This document shows positions 58,001 to 64,000 of a stretch of 64,000 nt of DNA, in pieces; within the stretch, counting starts at the first letter, position 1, and the number at the start of each line of letters is the position of its first letter. The notes under the pieces were generated by a model. The model saw nothing but the letters and a program-made list of their open reading frames with translations, did not search any database and was not told the DNA's origin. Made by a program: the position numbers and the translations under genes. This DNA comes from an uncultured Bacillota bacterium (GTDB lineage Bacteria > Bacillota > Clostridia > Christensenellales > Aristaeellaceae), in NCBI GenBank assembly GCA_963930055.1, contig CAWVKS010000008.1, forward strand, positions 500,694-564,693, given 5' to 3'.

Positions 58001-58356
58001 GGCACGACCCGATAGATACGGAACGGCTGGTCGCGCAGCTGGCGGGGTTCCACCACTTCATTGACCGCCTCGCCCTGACCGGGCGTGACCTCTGTGCGCA
58101 CATACTGAAGCCAGTCGGTGGACATATAGCCCTGCTTGCCGTCCGGGGTCAACATCTTATACCACGAGGAAGTGGTCTTTTCCAGCAGCACGACTTCGGT
58201 ACCGTTCTTGTACTTCCCGATGATCTTGTACTTTGTGCCGGTGCCGGAGCGGAGCATAAGCCGCGAGCCATTCGTCCTGACCTTCCAGACCTCTCGTTTG
58301 ACTTCGGGTGTGGCCTGCGTGATCATGGTGATGCCGGGCGTCATGGCGGCGGGCAC
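55048..58356 (-). CDS. Phage tail protein (Tal-like) with a long 11-residue repeat array; N-terminus disrupted
   Basis: Homolog of the 45061-47427 product, extended at the C-terminus. 20 codons upstream of the GTG start there is an in-frame TAG, and homologous N-terminal coding continues beyond it. Confidence 0.7.
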   Translation of the reverse strand: MPAAMTPGITMITQATPEVKREVWKVRTNGSRLMLRSGTGTKYKIIGKYKNGTEVVLLEKTTSSWYKMLTPDGKQGYMSTDWLQYVRTEVTPGQGEAVNEVVEPRQLRDQPFRIYRVVPELDKITVYARHVFYDLMDNMIRKYEPSSSTTGAAVVQNISSQCLSEHDFAFYSDLDSTAEEVVFENVNPVDAILGDGGLVEKYGGELARDWFDVFLVKRVGSDTNVQIRQGKNLLGISYDVDLTDVVTRIMPTGEDRDGNLLYLPEGYIDSPNIDSYPHPKWIHLAVSEAKEVTEGDEKKSKDQCYTEMRNAVQAEYDKGCDLPTVTLKVDFINCAETEEYRDYKPLQNIFLGDNVRVIAPRIGVEVSMRMTQYTYDCLQRKYTAMTLGTVADTLEGNTISARQLPSGIITGSKLAINSVGIGALQSGSVGSLQIQMAAIQTAHIETAAITSALIAEAAIQTAHIGDAQITAAQIADATITAAQIARATITAACIADATITEAQIKDASITAAKIALATITSAQIAEAAIGTAQIADLAVTAAKIANATITSAKIAEAAIQSAHIQDAAITRAKIALLAVDEAQIADLAVGTAKIKDASVSTAKIQDLAVTAAKIANATITNAQIANATIGTAQIALGAITTALIQQGAVGTAQIADGSITDAKIVALSANRITTGTLSVERLIIVGGEQSIVYTINEANGTPQLSQSTIDGGSLTQRSITADRIVAGAITANEIAAATILANNIAAGAVTTEKLAAEAVDASKIKAGVITTNHVASNFGEMLDLSSNTSIRNTITQNVDEALADIEIGGVNLIRDSETYTLVADGADTYWIAADELEPGMTYTFSVRETILSAGQAAGVTWKVLNRTDGAVHTSGLLDFTYGKQSVTFTLPETEGNWALFLYAGVSGETTGVTVIFRKVMLEEGNMATSWSAAPEETSETLGQLTEAVEGLDGGLDERVQSVIDALGLSEQFASTEAFLAALEDIELIRSELSQTNSDLTLTFNRLASAENGIAQMFSYFQFGEDDGAPYLDMGSSASSVKMRLTNTRLSFVQAGTELAYFSDNKLYVMRMEAVEQISIGTSVNGFLDMVTTPTGVGFKWRA

Positions 58357-58636
58357 GGGCGCGCGCAGGATGCAGCCCTCGACGAGGCGACGCCACTTGC
58401 CCGCATCGTCACACTAGATCGCGTGTTCAGCTCCCATTCGCCGTTTGAGTGTCTCTGTGACGGTGCAGGACATCGGCGTGACCGGGCCAATGCCGTTGCC
58501 GGAAAAATCCGTGCAGTCCGGCGTGTAGACGCAGATCAAGAAGGATGTCACCTCCAGACGCTGTGTTCCCAAAACGGAAGCGAGCTGGCGCATATTGCCA
58601 GCCCGCTTGAAAACTTCATATCAAAGAATATTTGCT

Positions 58637-59278
58637 TTACGCGGAAACGTTCACCCAGACCGCCGGTCTCACGGTGTAGATATCCGCCTCCATGGAGTCT
58701 CCGAATTCGTTTACCGCGCCGTCGTAGCGCACCATCAGGGCGGCATCCTCCGGCGTCGCCTTGGTGCGCAGCCACCAGTAAGTCTTGCCCGTCTCACGGC
58801 TCACCCTGCCGCCCTGTGCGACGGCGTATTCCGTTGCGTCGGCAGTGCGGGACGCCTCATCCGGGAAATAGGCGTTCAATTCGTCAAGGCTCAGCAGGAA
58901 AACGCAGTCCTGCGTATCCGGCGCATTGGCGGTGGCGTTTGTCACCTGGACGATCCGCGCGCGTTCTTCATCGCTGAAGGCGCTGTTATAGAAATCTCCG
59001 TTCAGCCAAGCGCGCAGCGTGCATTCCGCCCATGTAACGTTCCTATCTTCCACTTCGTGAAATGGCTTGGCGTCCAACGCATATTTGGACAACAGCAGCG
59101 CGCGATCCTCCTGCCGATCCAGCACGACCCACTCGATGGGCGCCTGCCCGTCCCCTTGCTCGTAGTTGCCAAACGTGACCATGCTTCCAACGGTCGCATT
59201 GTTCAGGGCTTCCGCCTGCGCACAGCCAAGGGATGCCGCCAAAACGAGCAGCAGAACCAGAGAAATGACCTTCTTCAT
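58637..59278 (-). CDS. Prophage-encoded lipoprotein (moron between Dit and Tal)
   Basis: MKKVISLVLLLVLAASLGC lipobox-type signal peptide. No counterpart in the other Dit-Tal module. Confidence 0.55.
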   Translation of the reverse strand: MKKVISLVLLLVLAASLGCAQAEALNNATVGSMVTFGNYEQGDGQAPIEWVVLDRQEDRALLLSKYALDAKPFHEVEDRNVTWAECTLRAWLNGDFYNSAFSDEERARIVQVTNATANAPDTQDCVFLLSLDELNAYFPDEASRTADATEYAVAQGGRVSRETGKTYWWLRTKATPEDAALMVRYDGAVNEFGDSMEADIYTVRPAVWVNVSA

Positions 59279-59348
59279 ACCGAATCCCGCCTCTTGGAAA
59301 GGTTTTATCGGTTTTCTATTATAATTCATATCCCCAACACGGTCAAGG

Positions 59349-60044
59349 TCAAAGGTATCGCCATCGCGGTTGGATCTCGACTTTGCTCACCTCGCCCGAC
59401 CAGCTTATCGCGTTCATGCCAGGCTTGAGGAGGGGAAACTCTCCGCTCATGGCGCTGTTCATGCTTGTTGTGCCGGTATAGCTTTCCTGCAATTCCGAGT
59501 CCAGCGTGATGCTGCCGGTAATACCTTCCAGCTCCACAATGGTCGTGCCGACCATAAGCGTGATGTCGCCTGTGCCGTATACTGTGACGACCGGCTCGGA
59601 ATACACGCTGCCGGGATTGTTGATTGTACTGGTCGAAGCGGTCAATGTCTCCACCGGCACATTCGCCTGATACCAAAACGGCTTGCAGCGGAAATTGACG
59701 GCAAAACTCCTGTGGGGATTCCCGCGCAGTATCTTCTCAAAAGAAATCTGGTTGGCGATGCGGGCGTAGTAAAACCCGCCCTGCCGGTGGGCGAAGGCGA
59801 CCCTGCTGCTGCCCTTGAGCCACGCGGCGATGGCGGGGACCTTTGTGGGGTCGGAAAGGAAGCACTGTGCGGTGAGTACTATGTCCTCGTAGACGTCCTC
59901 GCCCTCCAGCGTCGTCAAACTACCCGGCCTGCCGGGGACATTGGTATACGTTACTCGCTCGGAAGGGATCGTGGGCGGCGGCAGCTCGGAGACGTGAATG
60001 CCATATTGCGTGCAGCGGACGCCATTCCACTCAAACCAGTCGTT
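59349..60044 (-). CDS. Siphovirus-type distal tail protein (Dit)-like
   Basis: MNDWFEWNGVRCTQYGIHVSE…GRPGSLT… is homologous to the 43166-43864 product. Confidence 0.55.
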   Translation of the reverse strand, partial: NDWFEWNGVRCTQYGIHVSELPPPTIPSERVTYTNVPGRPGSLTTLEGEDVYEDIVLTAQCFLSDPTKVPAIAAWLKGSSRVAFAHRQGGFYYARIANQISFEKILRGNPHRSFAVNFRCKPFWYQANVPVETLTASTSTINNPGSVYSEPVVTVYGTGDITLMVGTTIVELEGITGSITLDSELQESYTGTTSMNSAMSGEFPLLKPGMNAISWSGEVSKVEIQPRWRYL

Positions 60045-60188
60045 CATCGCTGCCTCCCATGCCATGTTTGACGCGGTCGCGTGTGCCCACCAAATAGCCG
60101 GTGACGTTGACGCATATTCCACCCATCCCCAATACCTCCATGAAAAGGGCCGGGGCATCGCTGCTCCGGCCAATGGTTTGTAACCTTG

Positions 60189-60866
60189 TCAGATATGGCA
60201 GTCCACAATGGTGACCGCCAGTCCTTTCTCACGCGCTTCCTGCAGGTATGCCCGGAACTCTGCTTCATATCGGTTTGTACTCTCATTGGTCGCGTCGTCC
60301 AGCCCAAACCAGCCCATTCTGCCCGGCTCATGCCATTCGCCCCCTGCCGTGACGAAGGCGTAGGTGTTGAATGCCGTCTTCCTGCGGATAAAGGTCTCCT
60401 TGTCGCCGTAGCGCTCCAGGTAGCACTCCGGCTCCCACAATTTCAAGAGATCCTCGTCCTCGCGGGGTTCGTCCCCTTCCACGCAGACCTCCCACATGCG
60501 CGCCGCCCGCCGGATCTGCGCCTCGTTCGGCGAAAAATCGCAGTCCGCGACCAGCGCCGCGTCGCAGCGATGGGGCGGATAGACGAAATCCTTGTGCCAG
60601 GGTTCCAACGGCGCGATATAGCCGCTTTTGCCCGGGCGCAGTAGAAGCAGGCCGCGCCAGCGCCCGCCGATCACCCACCAGTCCCACCGGGCGTTGGGGT
60701 TGTGCCAGCAGCCCTTTGCCTGTCCTTTCTCGTCAAGCTGGCCGCTTTCATCCCTGACGAACACTGCGTAGGGGTCGCCAGGCGCTACCTGCTCGTTAAA
60801 TGGCGCGAGCAGCGCCTCGACGTCCCCGGGCGTCCTGGAAAATACTGCGACAGAAAAGTGTGACAT
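60189..60866 (-). CDS. Hypothetical phage protein between TMP and Dit
   Basis: 226-aa ORF (MSHFSVAVFSRTPGDVEALLAPFNEQ…) with balanced composition. No family recognised. Confidence 0.4.
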   Translation of the reverse strand: MSHFSVAVFSRTPGDVEALLAPFNEQVAPGDPYAVFVRDESGQLDEKGQAKGCWHNPNARWDWWVIGGRWRGLLLLRPGKSGYIAPLEPWHKDFVYPPHRCDAALVADCDFSPNEAQIRRAARMWEVCVEGDEPREDEDLLKLWEPECYLERYGDKETFIRRKTAFNTYAFVTAGGEWHEPGRMGWFGLDDATNESTNRYEAEFRAYLQEAREKGLAVTIVDCHI

Positions 60867-60934
60867 CCGCAAGTCCTCCTTTGCATTGGGTATCGTATTC
60901 ATCACTCACGGGAGCCGAAAAGTCAAGATAACTC

Positions 60935-63900
60935 TTACGCCATGCGCAGCCCTCTGCCGCGCTGCTGGCGGCGGGTCAGGCCGGCGATCTCCACCGCCAG
61001 CGCGTAGGCGTCCTGCCGGTCGTTGATGTAGAAATTGCTGCCTGCAAAGGAAATGCTGCTCTGCTGGTTGTAGGTGCGCCGGTTGTCGTTGCTCGTGGTC
61101 ATGATGCTCCCGGCCTTCGCCTCGCCCGTCAGGTAGCGCGCGGCGTTGCGGATGATCTTCGCCTGCTCCTGCTTTCCTTGAGTACGCCACGGCCCCAGCC
61201 GCGCATAGTCATCACGCCGACCTCATCTTCAAAAACCTTCGACGGCGACTTGATCTTCAGTTCCGATTTTGCCGCGTTGACGGCGGCGCGCGCGGCGGAG
61301 CGCATGGCGGAGATAACGCCGCTGCGCCCGGCGTTGATACCCCCGTCAGCCGCGCATGGCATTGAGCCCGGCGGGGACGAAGCAGACTCGCGGGCATGGC
61401 GGCGGACACAGCGCTGCTGAGCCGCGCGGCGAGCAGAAAGGCTTCGCCGATGAAACTGTACTGACCCATGCCCTCGCCGACACCGGCGGCTACGTTGCTC
61501 CCGGTGGGGACCATGCGCGTGGAGGGCGACTGGATGCCCAGCGCGGTATTGAGCGCAGTTTCGAGGTTGGCGGCAACGGTTTCGGCGTCCGTGACCCAGC
61601 CCGCCTCGGTCATGCCCTGCGCAACGCCCTCCTTGACATGCGCGCCGATGCCGTAGGTATCGAGGCCATTGAGCATCTCAGAGATGGCCTGCAGGACACT
61701 AGATCGCGTGTTGCTGATCTCCCCGCCCTGTTGGATGGCGGCGACCAGTTCGCCCACGTAGGCGGACAGCTGCGCGACGCTCTCCGCGTCAAAGTTGAGC
61801 TTCAATACGCTTTCTATCTGGGAAAGGTCGGTCGTCTCGCCGCCGAATCCAGCCCAGAATTTGTCCCAGCCGCCCAAGTCCTTCGTCCTGTTGTAGGATT
61901 CCAGCCGGTCGAGGATGCCATTGACCTGGTCCATGGTCGTGGCCGGCAAAAGGCCAATGGCGAGGCCCGCCGTGGTGACACCCAGCTGGTCCACCTCATC
62001 GACCAGCGGACGGATGGCGTCCACAGCTTCCTTTGTACCGGTGATCTCCGGGGTGATAAACACGTGCATCGTGCCGTCCGCGTCCAGCGTGGCCACCGTA
62101 TCAGGCGTGATCGCGTTCTCTGGCACCATGTCCACGGGCACTTCCACGCCATTCTGCCAATACTTCACCTGACCGGCGGATAGTTTTTCCTCAAACTCGC
62201 CCTCATCCAGTTCGCCCAGCCGCACGGGGACTTCCAGTTCAAGGTCGGGGTTTTGGTTGAGTTCATTGTAAGCAAGGTAGTCGTAGCCGGTAATGACCAC
62301 GCGGGTTTTGGGCTGGGGGATCGTAACGCCTTCCGCCTCCTGATAGGCGGTGATGTAAGCAGTAAACGATGTGAGCAGTTGCGATTTGTCGCAGCCTGTC
62401 GCCTCAGCGTAGGCGGTGACGACGGCCTCTACCTGATCCGGCGAGAGCGCGGACAGGTCTATACCCTCGGCCTCCATGTAGCGCGCGACCATTGCGGTGA
62501 TGCCGTCTGGCGTAAGCGCCGTGGTCAGCGCACCGCCGGTGACTTCCTGATAGGCCAGCACAAAAGCGGTCAGGCCATCCGGGGTCAAACCCGAGGTGTC
62601 CACGCCGTTTGCTTCCATATAATTGGAGATGTAGGCGGTGATTTCGTCAGGCTTGAGTGCGGAGACGTCCGCGCCGGAAGCGAGTTCCTCATACGCCGCC
62701 ACCATCGCGGTGACGTTCTCCGGCGTGAGACCCGACACGTCCGCGCCGTTGGTGGCCTCGGCATATGCGGTCACATAGGCGATGATGCCTTCCGGGGAGA
62801 GCGCCGTCGCGTCCGTTTCATCCGTGACGGTATACTTCGTTATGAATGCTTCTATTTTGGGCTGCTGCGCCTCGGAATCCTCACTGTTGGCATAGCCAGT
62901 GATGATGGCCTCTGTGGTGATCGCACCGGGGTTGGCGGCAAACTCGTTCCACCGGGCCTGCGCGCCGGTCATGTCGAGGTCGGTCGCGATCTTGAGTACC
63001 TCTTCCGGCAGCGATTGATTGAACATCGAATACAGGCCGGGGAGGTCGGTCTTAATGAGGTCGATGTAGTCCGCCACGCCCGCAAACTGATCCATGAGGC
63101 CGGACACGTCGATGTCCGGGAACATGGCCTGTATCTCCGACTCGCTCATGCCGCTGTCCAGCAGGGATTGGATCTGCGTGAGCAGGCCGAGGTATTCAGC
63201 AAGCGCGCCTTCATCCATCTCCGCTGAAAGGTCGGCGAGGTCTTGGAGGATGGCGGGCTTTTCGCCCTCGCCAGCCATGCTGTACTCGCGCAGTTTGGTC
63301 AGCAGCGTATCTACCTGCTGGTTGGCCTGCCGAATATCTTCCTGCTCCCACACAGGCATGACCACGCCAGCAAGCGTCTGCGCATACTCCCGCGCGGCGG
63401 CGAGGCGGTCCTCATTGTAGCGGGTATTGAGCGCGTCCAATGCGCTCTGCCGCTCAGCGCTGTCCTCAATGAGCTGGATGACAGCATATTCCTTGTCATA
63501 CTGCGCATCCAATTCAGCGTTGACGGCGGCCATGCCCTCTGCAGCGGCCTTGACCGCGTTTTCGTAGACAGACACGTCCGCGCCGCTCTGTCCACGCGCC
63601 TGCGCGCGAGCGACTTCCGCTTCGACTTTTTGAGAAATGGATTCGAAGCCGTCCGTGTCGGCAGGCGTGAGGTTGTACTTGATCTCAATGGCCTCGCGGG
63701 TGTCAATAAGCTCCTGCAGCCGGATGCGGTCAGATTCCGAGAAATAACCGTTCTGCCGCTTCTTGAGCAGAGATTCGATCTCCGAATCCAAAGAATCCAG
63801 TGTTTCGATGTCTTTGGCTAGTTGTTCGGACACGCCCGAATATCCGCTTTCATCCGCCGTGGCCTTAAGGTTGGATAGCTCCTCGCGTGTGCTGGTAGTG

Positions 63901-63968
63901 AGGGCCTTAAAGGATTCCGTCCACGAGGACACGATCTCATCCGTTTCCTTCTCGCCGTCCGTCCACAC
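60935..63968 (-). pseudogene. Tail tape-measure protein gene with two frame disruptions near the 3' end; may continue upstream of the window
   Basis: Long helical protein. Its C-terminal part is split across three frames: frame A to about 61400, frame B …AVNAAKSELKIKSPSKVFEDEVG… to about 61190, and frame C …QEQAKIIRNAARYLTGEAKAGS…GLRMA* ending at 60935. Confidence 0.55.
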
Positions 63969-64000
63969 TTTGAGCAGCCCATCCAGCCAGTCCTGCGCAC

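Larger units (their letters stand above)
47445..64000 (-). mobile_element. Prophage (partial in window) oriented on the minus strand: recombinases, lysis, tail fiber, Tal, Dit, TMP
   Basis: Contiguous phage late-gene order. Ends at the att-like core. Continues past the window edge. Confidence 0.6.

Noticed and set aside
58409-58424. 16-nt string cactagatcgcgtgtt identical at 58409-58424 (Tal upstream) and 61696-61711 (inside the TMP gene).
   Set aside because: In a 64-kb window about 0.5 exact 16-mer coincidences are expected by chance, and in the TMP copy it is ordinary in-frame coding (NTRSSV). It is noted because the Tal-side copy contains the in-frame TAG, but there is no independent support for a functional repeat.

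Overview
The window is high-GC (about 65%) Clostridia-like chromosome; Oscillospirales-type is an inference only. Positions 1-17.6 kb are ordinary core genes: an LMW protein-tyrosine phosphatase fragment, an ABC-F ATPase, flavodoxin, HemW, LepA, PolA, CoaE, a lytic transglycosylase, a peptide substrate-binding protein and a 1078-aa NlpC/P60 cell-wall hydrolase with many SH3 repeats. An intact tRNA-Thr(GGT) at 17646-17721 starts a composite accessory region that runs to the end of the window.

- Island 1 (17.7-38.8 kb): a tyrosine integrase next to the tRNA, a low-GC cargo segment, and a tightly coupled 7-gene minus-strand operon at 22953-37530. The island is closed by an ~85-120 bp direct repeat of the tRNA 3' half.
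- The operon encodes an RHH regulator, three giant paralogous zinc-ribbon/TIR proteins carrying RCC1-like beta-propeller and TPR-like repeat arrays (two of them with a single central TM helix), a standalone SIR2-like protein with intact catalytic motifs, an SPFH/band-7 protein with six zinc ribbons, and a small membrane protein. This TIR+SIR2 system looks Thoeris-related but is architecturally distinct, and it is the most likely undescribed defense system here.
- 38.8-42.5 kb: a second integrase remnant cut by an IS256-family element. That element's IS256-type 24-bp terminal inverted repeat recurs exactly, inverted, 3.47 kb away.
- 40.5-47.4 kb: a prophage remnant with an endolysin, distal-tail (Dit), a moron cassette and a truncated tail protein (Tal). 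It ends at a 31-bp att-like direct repeat.
- 47.5-64 kb: two tandem large serine recombinases and a related minus-strand prophage (lysis module, tail fiber, Tal, lipoprotein moron, Dit, tape measure) that carries several reading-frame disruptions.

Many long plus-strand ORFs in the 6-frame track across the repeat genes are antisense artifacts of high GC.
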